A DNA stretch of 62,151 bases, filler included, from Thermodesulfobacteriota bacterium (GCA_036381125.1; 6 parts of 6 records of this genome joined end to end with filler, not necessarily neighbours in it); one strand, 5' to 3'. Positions 46,810 through 56,571 are shown, counted from the whole stretch's first letter. Program-made: numbers and translations. The notes: generated by a model not told the origin, from the sequence alone.

Positions 46810-47110
46810 CGGTCGCGTGCGCGTAGGCGCCGCCCGCGCGCATCTCGGCCGCCACCCAGACCGCTTCCATCAGCTCCTCGGGGGTCGCCCCGGCGCGGCG
46901 CGCGAGCTTCGTGTGGCCGCGGATGCAGTAGGGGCACTGCGTCACGTGGGCGACCGCCACGGCGATGAGCTGCTTGGTCTTGGCCGGCAGGGCCCCGTCG
47001 GCGAAGACCTCCTTCTGGAACGCCTCCCAGGCCGCGTGCGTCTTCGGGGCGAGCGCCTTGCGGCGCTCGGAGAGCTCGCGGGTGGTCGGCGGCACCATCT
47101 CCCTCGGCAT
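46769..47110 (-). CDS. Carboxymuconolactone decarboxylase/AhpD-like protein
   Basis: 'GALPAKTKQLIAVAVAHVTQCPYCIRGH', 'GATPEE'. Confidence 0.88.
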   Translation of the reverse strand: MPREMVPPTTRELSERRKALAPKTHAAWEAFQKEVFADGALPAKTKQLIAVAVAHVTQCPYCIRGHTKLARRAGATPEELMEAVWVAAEMRAGGAYAHATVMLDAMAEEPPRS

Positions 47111-47121
47111 CGTGCCACTCC

Positions 47122-48498
47122 TCAGCGGGGCAGCGTCGCCAGGCGCGAGAAGTACCGTGCAAAGGCGGCGATCCCGCCCGACGCCTGCTCCCAGTCGTAG
47201 TGCTCGTTGGGTGCGTGGTAACCATGCTCGGGCAGCGAGAGCCCGAGGAAGAGGACCGGCGCCCCGAGCACCCGCTCCATCGTAGGGACGGCGCCGATCG
47301 AGCCGCCTTCGCGCGTGAAGGCCGGCGCCGCGCCGAAGGCGAACCGGTACGCGTCGCGCACGGCGTCGGCCAGGGGACCGGTCGTCACCCCCTTGAACGG
47401 CTCGAGGCCGTGCCCCGGGTGCACCTGGACGCCCGGGAAGCGGCTGCGGATGAACTCCGTCACCCGGGCCATCGTCCGCGCCGTCGTCATGTTCGGCACG
47501 ATGCGGCAGGAGCACTTCACCTCGGCCCGCGGCGGCACGATCGCCTTGACCCCCGGTCCCGTGTACCCGCCCACGACCCCGTGGACCTCGAAGGTCGGAC
47601 GGGCCCAGATGCGGCGCATGACCTCGAGCGCGTCGGTCGTCCGGAGCGACGAGAGCCCGTGGTCCCGCATGAAGGTCTCGACCGAGAACCCCGAGGCGAG
47701 GAAGTCGCGGGCGTCGGCCTCCGAGAGCGGCTCGACCTCGTCGTAGAAGCCGGGGATCAGGACCTCGCCGGTCCGGCCGTCGACACAGGCGGCCACGACC
47801 TGCATCAGCTCGGCGATCGGGTTGCGCGCCGCGCCCCCTACCATGCCCGAGTGGGCGTCGGTCTCGGCCACCTCCAGCGTGAGCCGGAAGGTCTGCATCC
47901 CTCGCAGGCCGGCCGGGCTGCTCGGCTTGCCCCGTGTGGTCCAGACCGTGTCGGAGACGACGACGCTGTCGGTGGCGAGCCGCTCCCGGTAGCGGGTGAC
48001 GGCGGCCTCGAAGTGGGGGCTGCCGATCTCCTCCTCGAACTCCCACAGGAAGGCGATGTTGATCGGCACGCCGGCCTCGCGGGCGGCCAGCGCCCCGAGG
48101 AGCGCCGTCAAGGCCGGCCCCTTGTCGTCCGTGGCGCCGCGGCCGTAGTAGCGGTCGCCCTGCGTCGTGAGCCGGAAGGGGTCGGTCCTCCAGGCGTCGC
48201 CGTCGGCCGGCTGGACGTCCATGTGGTTGTAGAGCGTGACCGTCGGCCAGGCCGGATCGCCGGGCAGCCGCCCGTGGACCAGCGGGTGCCCGCCGGTCTC
48301 GAGCACCTCCGCCGCGGCGCCGACCGCCGCCAGCCGGGCGGCCGCCGCCTCCGCCCCGCGGCGCACGTCGGCCGCGCGCGCCGGATCGGCCGAGACGGTG
48401 GGGATGCCGACCAGCTCCGCGAGCCAGCGCTCGAACTCCTCCCGGTGCGACGCCGCGTAGGCGGCCAGCGCCTCGCGGCTCAGGCGACGCTCGTCCAC
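47122..48498 (-). CDS. M20 family metallopeptidase (dipeptidase)
   Basis: GGAGG RBS; 'YNHMDVQP', 'GRGATDDKG', 'EEEIGS', 'REGGSIG', 'HAPNE'. Confidence 0.92.
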   Translation of the reverse strand: MDERRLSREALAAYAASHREEFERWLAELVGIPTVSADPARAADVRRGAEAAAARLAAVGAAAEVLETGGHPLVHGRLPGDPAWPTVTLYNHMDVQPADGDAWRTDPFRLTTQGDRYYGRGATDDKGPALTALLGALAAREAGVPINIAFLWEFEEEIGSPHFEAAVTRYRERLATDSVVVSDTVWTTRGKPSSPAGLRGMQTFRLTLEVAETDAHSGMVGGAARNPIAELMQVVAACVDGRTGEVLIPGFYDEVEPLSEADARDFLASGFSVETFMRDHGLSSLRTTDALEVMRRIWARPTFEVHGVVGGYTGPGVKAIVPPRAEVKCSCRIVPNMTTARTMARVTEFIRSRFPGVQVHPGHGLEPFKGVTTGPLADAVRDAYRFAFGAAPAFTREGGSIGAVPTMERVLGAPVLFLGLSLPEHGYHAPNEHYDWEQASGGIAAFARYFSRLATLPR

Positions 48499-48596
48499 GT
48501 TCACCTCCTGGGGGCAGGCCTCGACGCCTTCCCCCCATTCTAGCGGGCACGGCGGATGCACCCCCATGAGGCCGTCCGTCGGCGGAGGTACGTGCG

Positions 48597-49421
48597 ATGG
48601 CCGTTACGGTCCACCCCGACCTCGAGCGGCTGCGCGAGCGGGTGGCGCGCGAGCTGCTCGGCCACCCGATCGTCGTCCACAACCCCTTCACGACCTGGTT
48701 CGCGCAGGGCGAGATGAGCCGGGAGCAACTACGCCGCTTCGTCGTCCAGTTCTCGGTCTTCTCGAACCTCTTCCTCGTCGCGCAGCTCCTCAAGACGATC
48801 AACGCCCCCACGCTCGACGCGATGCGGGCGTCCAAGGAGATCCTGGCCAACGAGATCGGGGTCGTCTTCGCCAGGCAGGGGGCCGGCGCGCCGTCGGCGG
48901 GCGTCGATCCGGATCTGGTCTCCACGGAGGGGACAGTGGAGGGGGGCGTGTTCCGCTTCCGCGCGGCCCACTTCGAGTGGCTTCTCCGGATGGCCGAGCC
49001 GCTCGGCCTCTCGTTCGACGACCTCGGCAAGCGGCGGCACGGGCGGCCGTCGACGCTCCGCTTCTGCGACGAGCTGGCGCGCCTCTACGGCTCGCCCGAT
49101 CCGGTCGTGGCCGAGGGGGCGAGCTTCGCGGTGGAGCACTGGGCCGCGGCCGGCTTCTGGAAGGAGCTGATCCAGGGCCTGCGGGCGTACCAGGCGCGCA
49201 CCGGCGAGCGCTTCCCGATCGCCTTCTTCACCTGGCACGATCAGCTCGAGGACCAGCACGCCGCCCACACCGAGGACGAGCTGGCCGAGGCGGCGGCCCG
49301 CGTCGGCTTCGACGCGGACCGGTTCATCGCCGCCGGCCGCGAGATGCTCGACGGCGTCGAGGGCTTCTGGCTGGGCCTCGACGAGATGCGCCGCGAGGCG
49401 CCGTCCCCGCCGACCGGCTGA
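48597..49421 (+). CDS. Haem-oxygenase-like (TenA/PqqC/CADD fold) diiron protein
   Basis: GGAGG RBS; 'HPIVVHNPF..WF..GE', 'FVVQFS', 'NE', 'AHFEW', 'VE', 'FFTWHDQLEDQH'. Confidence 0.65.
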   Translation: MAVTVHPDLERLRERVARELLGHPIVVHNPFTTWFAQGEMSREQLRRFVVQFSVFSNLFLVAQLLKTINAPTLDAMRASKEILANEIGVVFARQGAGAPSAGVDPDLVSTEGTVEGGVFRFRAAHFEWLLRMAEPLGLSFDDLGKRRHGRPSTLRFCDELARLYGSPDPVVAEGASFAVEHWAAAGFWKELIQGLRAYQARTGERFPIAFFTWHDQLEDQHAAHTEDELAEAAARVGFDADRFIAAGREMLDGVEGFWLGLDEMRREAPSPPTG

Positions 49422-49728
49422 CCCGGACCCGAACGCCCGCCCCTCGTCGCGACAGTCCTCCCCGGACGCGCCGCGTCCTCGTGTTCCGGTTCACGCACGT
49501 TTCCTCCCGCAGATCGAACGGTGCCGCGCTCGGCCCGCAGGATGGGGCTCGCGTCGACAGGTGCTCGCCGGCGGCGCCGCGTCGAGCGTCATGGGGATAC
49601 TCAGGCCCGGCTTCGACGGCACGGCGTTCGTCGTGTCGACGAGCGGCGGCCGGGAGGATCCGGGTCGTCCCACCCTGCGTGGTGTTCCGGCTTGACTCCG
49701 CCGCCCGGCCCATGCTACGCGCGGTCCC

Positions 49729-50094
49729 ATGGAGCGCGCCGCGAGGATCGCCTACGTGGAGGACGACGCCGAGATCGCGCGCGTCGTGAAGTTCGGTCTC
49801 GAAGTGGCGCAGACGTTCGACGTGACGCTCTACCGCGACGCCCAGACCGCCCTTCGGGACCTCGACGAGCCGCCGGCCGTGCTGATCGTCGACGTCGGCC
49901 TGCCCGACCTCGACGGCATCGAACTCTGCCGCCGCGTCCGGGCGCGGTTCCCCGACCTGCCGATCCTCGTGCTCACCGCGTACGCCACCGAGCGCGAGCG
50001 CGCCATGGAGGCCGGCGCCTCCGACTTCCTCGCCAAGCCGGTCGGCATCCGGGAGCTGCGCAGCCGCCTGCGCCTCCTCGCCCGCCTCCCGTAG
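49729..50094 (+). CDS. Single-domain response regulator
   Basis: 'YVEDD', 'VDVGLPDLDG', 'LTA', 'FLAKP'. Confidence 0.88.
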   Translation: MERAARIAYVEDDAEIARVVKFGLEVAQTFDVTLYRDAQTALRDLDEPPAVLIVDVGLPDLDGIELCRRVRARFPDLPILVLTAYATERERAMEAGASDFLAKPVGIRELRSRLRLLARLP

Positions 50095-50101
50095 CGCGGG
50101 C

Positions 50102-52045
50102 CTACCCCAGCGGCACGCTCGGCGCCTTCGGCGCGTAGAGGGGGTCGATCCGGATCTCGGCCTGCCGGCGCAGGCGCTCGACGAAGGCGCGGAACGCGGC
50201 GTTGCCCTTCTCCTGCTCGAGCGAGCGCGAGATGCGCGCGAGCGTGTCGGCGTCGGCCGACGGGTCGGCCGCCTTCCGCTCGGCCAGGCGCAGGACCACG
50301 GCGTCGTCGCCCACCGCGACCGGCTCGGGCGCCAGGCGCTGCTCTTCCGTGAGCCGGAAGGCCGCCTCGGCCACCGCCGGCGCCGGGCCGAGCTTCGGGA
50401 TCTCGCGGGTGCGCCGCTCGAAGAGGTCGGTGCGCTCGACGCGCAGGCCGGCTGCTCTGGCGGCCGCCGCGAGGTTGCCGTCCTTGCGTGCCGCCTCGAG
50501 GAGGCTCGCCGCCTGCTCCCTGGCGGCGGCCACCGCCTTCTCGCGGGCGAGGCCGGCCTTCACGCGGTCCATCACCTCGGCGAGCGGCGGCGTCGTGGCC
50601 TCGGTCCTCCCGGTGACCTGGACAACCGCCCACGCGGCGCCCTCCGCCACCGGCGCGCTCACGCGCCCCTCCTCGAGCCGCAGCGCCGCGCGCGCCGCCT
50701 CGGGGGAGAGGTCCGACGGCGGCTCGTCCGCCGTGAAGGGACCGACGGTCCGGGTGGGGATGTCCCGCAGCTTCGCCTCGCCCGCGAGGTCGCCGCTCCT
50801 GGCCGCCGCGACCGCGAGCTGATCGGCCAGCTCGCCGGCCTGTCGGCGGGCGCGCTCCGCCTTGAGGTCGGCCACGAGCGTGGCGCGCGACCCCTCGAGC
50901 GTCGCCGGCTTGCCCTCGCGCACCTGCTCGACCTTGATGATGTGGAAGCCGAAAGGACTGCGCACGAGGTCCGAGACCTGCCCTGCCCGGAGCGCGAAGG
51001 CGGCGTCCTCGAACTCCTTCACCATCACCCCCCGGCCGAACCAGCCGAGGCTGCCGGCCGACTTCGGGTCGCTCCCCTTGGAGGGGTCTTCGGACACCTC
51101 GAGCGCCACCTTGCCGAAGTCCTCGCCCTTCTTCACCCGGTCGAGGGCGGCCTGCGCCCGGGCGCGGGCCTGCTCGACCGTCTGCGCGTCGGCGTGCTCG
51201 TCGACCTTCACCAGGATGTGCCGGGCGCTGACCTCGGGCGGCGTGCCGAGCTCGTCCTTGCGGCGCTCGAAGGCCGCCTTGACGTCGTCCTCGGAGACGG
51301 TGACCTTGTCCGCAAGGCTTGCCGGGTCGACCCGGGCGACGAGGGCGGTCACCTCAGCCGGGCGCTCGTACTCGCGCTTGTGCGCCTCGTAGTACGCCGT
51401 CAGCTCGTCCTCGGGGAAGGTTCCCTTCGGGTCGGGCCTCGCCGGCACGCGGACGAACTCGATCGACACCTTGTCGCGCTCGGCGTGGAAGGCCTGGCGC
51501 GCCTCGGCATCGGTCACCGAGACGCTCTCCGACACGAGCCGGCCGAGCTTCTGGAAGGCCAGCGTCTGGCGGACGGCCGCCTCGAAGGCGGCCGGGGTCC
51601 TGAGCGCCTGGCCCATGACGCCCTGCGTCAGCGCGGCGACGTACGTGTCGCGGTCGAAGCGGCCGTCCCGCTGGAAGACCGGCAGCCCGAGGATGTACTG
51701 GCGCACCTCCTCGTCGGTGACCCCGATGTCGAGGCGTTCGGCCTCCTGCTCGAGGAGGGCGCGCGTCACGAGGTTCTCGACGGCCTGCGCCCTGAGCATC
51801 TCGGGCCTGATCAGCCCGGCCGGGAGCTGGCCCCCGAACATCTGCCGGTAGCGCTCCTCGAGCGCGGCCTGCTCGGCCGCGACCTCGGCCGCGGTGATCT
51901 CGGTGCCGTTCACCCGGGCGGCGACGTCGACGCCGAGCGGGCCGCCGGTCTGGCCGCCGATGCCCCAGAAGATGAAGACGATGGCGATCGGGACGAGGAT
52001 CACCCAGAGAAACACGCTCTTGCGCTGGCGAATGGCGTCGAGCAT
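50102..52045 (-). CDS. PpiD/SurA-family peptidyl-prolyl isomerase
   Basis: 'MLDAIR', N-terminal TM, SurA N-domain, parvulin motifs 'SARHIL', 'GSLGWF', 'SPFGFHII'. Confidence 0.92.
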   Translation of the reverse strand: MLDAIRQRKSVFLWVILVPIAIVFIFWGIGGQTGGPLGVDVAARVNGTEITAAEVAAEQAALEERYRQMFGGQLPAGLIRPEMLRAQAVENLVTRALLEQEAERLDIGVTDEEVRQYILGLPVFQRDGRFDRDTYVAALTQGVMGQALRTPAAFEAAVRQTLAFQKLGRLVSESVSVTDAEARQAFHAERDKVSIEFVRVPARPDPKGTFPEDELTAYYEAHKREYERPAEVTALVARVDPASLADKVTVSEDDVKAAFERRKDELGTPPEVSARHILVKVDEHADAQTVEQARARAQAALDRVKKGEDFGKVALEVSEDPSKGSDPKSAGSLGWFGRGVMVKEFEDAAFALRAGQVSDLVRSPFGFHIIKVEQVREGKPATLEGSRATLVADLKAERARRQAGELADQLAVAAARSGDLAGEAKLRDIPTRTVGPFTADEPPSDLSPEAARAALRLEEGRVSAPVAEGAAWAVVQVTGRTEATTPPLAEVMDRVKAGLAREKAVAAAREQAASLLEAARKDGNLAAAARAAGLRVERTDLFERRTREIPKLGPAPAVAEAAFRLTEEQRLAPEPVAVGDDAVVLRLAERKAADPSADADTLARISRSLEQEKGNAAFRAFVERLRRQAEIRIDPLYAPKAPSVPLG

Positions 52046-52180
52046 GGGGGGAAATCTAGCCTGGAACGGCCGGAAAATCCAGGGAGGGCGGGGCGTTTCG
52101 GCGGCACCCGGGTGACGGCGCGCGGCAGCCTCCGGCGGCCTGCGACCCCACAAGGGGGCGAAACACGGTGCGCAGCCCGA

Positions 52181-52196
52181 CGGCACGACCCTTGCT
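52181..52196 (+). promoter_or_regulatory. Sigma-54 (-24/-12) promoter
   Basis: CGGCACGACCCTTGCT matches TGGCACG-N4-TTGCW with the exact GG-N10-GC spacing. Confidence 0.7.
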
Positions 52197-52211
52197 CTGC
52201 TCTCCCGGACC

Positions 52212-53504
52212 GTGAGCGCCCTCAACTTCGACACCGTACCGCTCGTGCTCGGGGCCATGGCGGCGACCGCCTCGGTCACGGCGCTCGCCGCAACGGAACT
52301 CGTGCGCCGCCGCCGGCGGCGCCTGGCCGCCGAGCGCGCCACGGCCGAGCTGATCGCGACCCTCCGCCAGGAGAACGAGGCGCTCAGGCTCAGGGCCGCC
52401 GAGAACGAGCGCCTCCTGCAGCTCCTCCCCGAGAGCCTCAAGCAGGTCGTCAACATCCGGCTGCCCGAGTCCGAGGTGTCGACCGCGGCGGTTCGCCAGG
52501 TGAACGTCGCGGTGCGCAGCGTCAAGACCCTCCTCGACCCCGACGTGATCGCCTTCTTCTTCCGCGACGCGCGCCGGGGGGTGCTCAAGCTCCAGGGGGG
52601 CCTCGGCATCCCCGATCACCTGCGGCCGAGCGCCGGGCGGGACGGCCTGGTCCTGCCGCTGCCGGAGGGGGCGGCCGGCCTCGCCGAGCAGCTCGGCGCG
52701 CTCGAGGGGGTCGAGGGGCTCGCGATCGACCTCGCGGCGCCGATCCTCTCCCACGACGAGCTGCTCGGCGTGGTCGCCATCGGCGGCGGCCGGCAGTCGC
52801 CGACCTACCGGAAGTGGCTCCTCGCCCTCGTCGCCGAGCTGACGGCGGTGGCGATCCTCGCCGCGCGCGGCCGCAAGGAGCTGGTCCACGAGTCGACGAC
52901 CGACCCGCTCACCGGGCTCGCCAACCGGAAGCACCTCATGACGCGGTTCCGGATGGAGCTCGACCGCGCGGAGGCGTACGGCGCGGCGCTCTCCGTCCTG
53001 CTGATCGACGTGGACCACTTCAAGCAGTTCAACGACACGAACGGCCACCCGGCCGGCGACGACTGCCTGCGGACGGTCGCGAGGGTCCTCCACGAGGTCA
53101 CGCGCGGCAGCGACATCGTGGCCCGCTACGGCGGCGAGGAGTTCGTCGTCGTCACGGTGGACGCCGACAAGGGGCAGGCGCTCGGCCACGCCGAGCGGAT
53201 CCGCGCGGCCGTCGAGGCGGCGCCGATCGCCGGGGCGCGCTCGCCGTCCCCGGCGCACGTCACCATCAGCGCCGGGGTGGCGACCTACCCCGAGGACGGA
53301 CGGCCCATCGAGGACCTCGTGGCGGCGGCCGACGCGGCGCTCTACCGGGCCAAGGAGGGCGGCCGCAACCGCGTGGTCGCCGCCCGCCCGGCGGCCGCGG
53401 GCACCGGAGCGGCCGCTGCCCGGGCCGCGCGGACGGCGCCGGGCCGCCGGCCCGAGCGCCGGCAGAGCGGTGCGTTGGCGGCACAGGCCGCGAGGAGTCG
53501 GTGA
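52212..53504 (+). CDS. Diguanylate cyclase with TM, coiled-coil and GAF-like region
   Basis: 'DPLTGLANR', 'DVDHFKQFND..GH..GD', I-site RGSD, 'RYGGEEF'. Confidence 0.92.
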   Translation: MSALNFDTVPLVLGAMAATASVTALAATELVRRRRRRLAAERATAELIATLRQENEALRLRAAENERLLQLLPESLKQVVNIRLPESEVSTAAVRQVNVAVRSVKTLLDPDVIAFFFRDARRGVLKLQGGLGIPDHLRPSAGRDGLVLPLPEGAAGLAEQLGALEGVEGLAIDLAAPILSHDELLGVVAIGGGRQSPTYRKWLLALVAELTAVAILAARGRKELVHESTTDPLTGLANRKHLMTRFRMELDRAEAYGAALSVLLIDVDHFKQFNDTNGHPAGDDCLRTVARVLHEVTRGSDIVARYGGEEFVVVTVDADKGQALGHAERIRAAVEAAPIAGARSPSPAHVTISAGVATYPEDGRPIEDLVAAADAALYRAKEGGRNRVVAARPAAAGTGAAAARAARTAPGRRPERRQSGALAAQAARSR

Positions 53505-53679
53505 CGAAGCGGGCCCGGCCCTGGACGGCGCGCCGCGACGCCGGTCCGTGGGCGTCGCGGACGGACGGGCCCCGGTCGCGCGCAGGCGGGGCCGCCGGCC
53601 GGAGGCCGCCGGGGTCCGGCACCCCGGGCGCGGCCGGAAAATCAAGCCCTGTCGGGGAGTTATCCGGCCGTCACGATCC

Positions 53680-53708
53680 TTGACAGCCCCGGGGGCGGGG
53701 CGTAGGAT
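53680..53708 (+). promoter_or_regulatory. Sigma-70 promoter of the pgpA-cinA-thpR-recA operon
   Basis: TTGACA-N17-TAGGAT, 8 nt before the GTG. Confidence 0.75.
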
Positions 53709-53716
53709 GCCGCCGC

Positions 53717-54178
53717 GTGAAGGGCGTCCTCCTGTTCCTCGCCACGACAGGCCTGAGCGCGTTGCCGCGCGTGCCGCCCGCGCCGGGGACCTTCGGGACG
53801 CTCGTCGGCGGGGTGCCGACCTACCTGCTGCTCGCCCAGATGCCGGCGCCGCTTGCCGGGGCAGGAGGGCTCGCGGTGGTGGCGCTCGCCGTCCTGGTGG
53901 CCGGCCGCGCGGAGGTCGTCCTCGGCCGGCACGATCCGGGCATCATCACGGTCGACGAGGTGGCGGGCTTCCTCGTGACCATGGCCGGCGTGCCGCCGGA
54001 GCCTCGCTACGTGGCGGCCGGCCTGGTACTGTTCCGGCTCTTCGACATCGTGAAGCCGTACCCCGCCGACCGGGTCGATGCGCGGATGGCCGGCGGCGTC
54101 GGCACGGTGCTCGACGACTGCGTGGCCGGCCTCTACGCGTGGCTCGCGCTCGCCGGGCTCAGGTGGGTGGGCCTGTAG
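53717..54178 (+). CDS. pgpA: Phosphatidylglycerophosphatase A
   Basis: 'APGTFGT', 'HDPG.ITVDEVAG', 'LFRLFDIVKP', 'LDD..AG'. Confidence 0.92.
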   Translation: MKGVLLFLATTGLSALPRVPPAPGTFGTLVGGVPTYLLLAQMPAPLAGAGGLAVVALAVLVAGRAEVVLGRHDPGIITVDEVAGFLVTMAGVPPEPRYVAAGLVLFRLFDIVKPYPADRVDARMAGGVGTVLDDCVAGLYAWLALAGLRWVGL

Positions 54179-54182
54179 CGGC

Positions 54183-54367
54183 GGCGTCGGGGGGCCCGTC
54201 TCCGGTGGCCGGCCGCCCGGGGGGCGCGTGAGGCCCCCCGACGGAGCGGGGCGGCGCGCCGGCCTCGGTGGCGAGCGGCCCGGCTGTGCCGGGGCGCGAA
54301 GCGGGGGGGCGTCGGGGGGCCCGTCTCCGGTGGCCGGCCGCCCGGGGGGCGCGTGAGGCCCCCCGAC
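54183..54367. repeat. Two identical 60-bp hairpin repeats (family 2), period 125 bp
   Basis: Copies at 54183-54242 and 54308-54367, each with 11-bp arms GTCGGGGGGCC...GGCCCCCCGAC. Confidence 0.88.
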
Positions 54368-54381
54368 TGTGAAGGACCGCC

Positions 54382-55656
54382 ATGCCGCTGGACGTGGAGC
54401 TTGTGCTGGTGGGCGACGAGTTCGCCCTGGGGCTCGTCCCCGACCCGCCGCACGGCGAGGTCGCACGACGGCTGCTTGCCATGGGGCTCGAGATCGCCCA
54501 GGTCACGGCCTGCGGCAGCCGGGAGTGGGCCGTCGAGGCGGCGTTCCGAGGGGCGCTCGAGCGGGCGACCGTGGTGATCGCCTTCGGCGGGCTCGGGACC
54601 CGGCCGGCCGACACGGCGGCGCGCGTGGCGGCCAGGGTCACCGGCCGGCGGCTCGTCATGCACGAGACCGCACGGGTCAGCGTCGAGACGAAGCTCGCGC
54701 GGCGCAAGCCGAGAGCGGACGGCACCCCCTCGGTGCCGCCCAAGGTGGAGAAGCTCGTGCTCCTGCCGCAGCGGTGCGAGCTGATCCCGAACGGGCGCGG
54801 CCTTGCCGACGGCTTCCGCATCCCGCTGACCGGCAAGCACCTCGTCTGCCTGCCGGCGTCCGCGGCGGAGGCCCTCCCGATGCTCGAGGCCGACGTGTAC
54901 CCGTTCCTCGAGCAGGAGCTGACCGGGCGGATCGCGAGCCGGCTCGCGGTGCTCAAGTGCTTCGGCCTCCCCATGGCGCGCGTCGAGGAGGCGGTCGAGG
55001 CGGCGGTCGAGGGGGTCACCGTGGACCCGTACGCGGTCTTCCCCGAGGTCCACGTGAAGGTGCTCGCGCGCGCCGCGGGCCCCGGGGAGGGGGGGGCCGA
55101 CCTCGACGCCCGGTTCGAGGCGGCCGTGACCGCGCTCCGGGAGCGGCTCGGCGACGCCTGCTTCGGGCGGGACGACGAGACGCTCGAGTCGGTGGTGGGA
55201 CGCCTCCTCGGGGCGCGCGGCGAGAGGCTGGCGACGGCGGAGTCGTGCACCGGCGGCCTCCTGGGCGGCCGGGTCACGGCCGTGCCGGGGTCGTCCGCCT
55301 GGTTCGAGCGCGGCGTGGTGACCTACTCCAACGAGGCCAAGACCGACCTGCTCGGCGTCCCGGCCCCGCTCGTGCGGACGCACGGGGCCGTGAGCCAGGA
55401 GGTGGCCGAGTCGATGGCGTCGCGGGTGCGGACGCTGGCGGGGACGACGTACGGGATCGCGATCACCGGCGTGGCCGGCCCCGGCGGCGGGACGCCGCAG
55501 AAGCCGGTCGGCACGGTCTTCGTGGGGCTGGCGGGCCCCGACGGCGTCGAGGCGCGCGGGTACCGCTTCGGCGGCCAGCGCGGCGAGATCAGGGCGCTCG
55601 CGGTCGAGGTCGCGCTCGACTGGCTGCGGCGCACGCTGCTCGCGCGTGGCGGCTAG
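54382..55656 (+). CDS. cinA: CinA-like protein with NMN deamidase (PncC) domain
   Basis: 'LATAESCTGG', 'PGSSAWF', 'YSNEAK', 'HGAVS', 'ITGVAGPGGG..KPVG'. Confidence 0.9.
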   Translation: MPLDVELVLVGDEFALGLVPDPPHGEVARRLLAMGLEIAQVTACGSREWAVEAAFRGALERATVVIAFGGLGTRPADTAARVAARVTGRRLVMHETARVSVETKLARRKPRADGTPSVPPKVEKLVLLPQRCELIPNGRGLADGFRIPLTGKHLVCLPASAAEALPMLEADVYPFLEQELTGRIASRLAVLKCFGLPMARVEEAVEAAVEGVTVDPYAVFPEVHVKVLARAAGPGEGGADLDARFEAAVTALRERLGDACFGRDDETLESVVGRLLGARGERLATAESCTGGLLGGRVTAVPGSSAWFERGVVTYSNEAKTDLLGVPAPLVRTHGAVSQEVAESMASRVRTLAGTTYGIAITGVAGPGGGTPQKPVGTVFVGLAGPDGVEARGYRFGGQRGEIRALAVEVALDWLRRTLLARGG

Positions 55657-56224
55657 CCAGCGGCTCTTCGCGGCCGTGGCGCTGCCGCCGGCGCTGCGCG
55701 AGCAGGCGGCGCGCTGGGCTGCGGCGCTCGCGGCCGACCCGGCCACGGGGCGCGGGGTCCGCTGGTCGCGCCCGGAGGGGCTGCACCTGACGCTGCACTT
55801 CTTCGGCAACGTGCCGGAAGGGGAGCTGGCGCGCGTCGCCGGGGCGCTCGAGGCCGGCGTGGCGGCGGCGCCCGGCGCCTTCGACCTCGCGCTCGAGGGG
55901 CTCGGCGCCTTCCCCACGGCAGCGCGGCCGCGGGTGATCTGGATCGGTGCGGTCGGCGAGGGCCGGGCGCGCCTCGAGCGCCTGCAGGCGGCGCTGGCGG
56001 CGGAGATCGCGGGGGCCGGCTTCCCGGTGGAATCGCGCCCTTTCCACGCGCACGTGACGCTCGGCCGCGTGGCGGGCGCGCCGCCGCGCGGCCTTCGCGC
56101 GGCGATCGAGGCCGGCGCCGGGCGGCGGCTCGGCGAGTTCCGCGTCGAGGCGGTGACGCTCTATCGCAGCGAGCTCTCGCGCGACGGCTCGCGCTACACG
56201 GAACTGGAACGATGGGGCCTTTGA
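55646..56224 (+). CDS. thpR: RNA 2',3'-cyclic phosphodiesterase
   Basis: Two HxT motifs (HLTL, HVTL); 'RLFAAV', 'PRVIW'. Confidence 0.92.
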   Translation: MAASQRLFAAVALPPALREQAARWAAALAADPATGRGVRWSRPEGLHLTLHFFGNVPEGELARVAGALEAGVAAAPGAFDLALEGLGAFPTAARPRVIWIGAVGEGRARLERLQAALAAEIAGAGFPVESRPFHAHVTLGRVAGAPPRGLRAAIEAGAGRRLGEFRVEAVTLYRSELSRDGSRYTELERWGL

Positions 56225-56288
56225 ACGAGGCGGCGGGCCCCGACGCCGGCGGCGACACGGCAGCTATGAGGAACGGGGAGGAACGGAC

Positions 56289-56471
56289 GTGACCGACCAT
56301 CGCGGCAGGAGCGGCAGCAACCCGGTGGGCGACCCGAACAAGCGGCGTGCCCTCGACCTCGCCCTTGCGCAGATCGAGAAGCAGTTTGGCAAGGGGGCGG
56401 TGATGCGGTTGGGGGCGGCGGGGCCGGTGGCGGCGGTGCCGGTGGTGTCGACCGGGTCGCTGGCGCTGGAC
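56289..56471 (+). CDS. recA: RecA N-terminus (3' truncated by gap)
   Basis: '[22 protein letters not shown]...VSTGSLALD'. Confidence 0.95.
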
Positions 56472-56571
56472 NNNNNNNNNNNNNNNNNNNNNNNNNNNNN
56501 NNNNNNNNNNNNNNNTTAATTAATTAANNNNNNNNNNNNNNNNNNNNNNNNNNNNNNNNNNNNNNNNNNNN
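56472..56571. other. Artificial contig linker
   Basis: N-run + TTAATTAATTAA + N-run. Confidence 0.98.

Noticed and set aside
49422-49728. 300-bp intergenic region as a small gene or ncRNA
   Set aside because: No convincing ORF, terminator or distinctive structure seen
56221-56288. LexA box upstream of recA (GAAC repeats)
   Set aside because: GAAC-N6-GAAC spacing does not fit LexA boxes I know, and it overlaps the RBS
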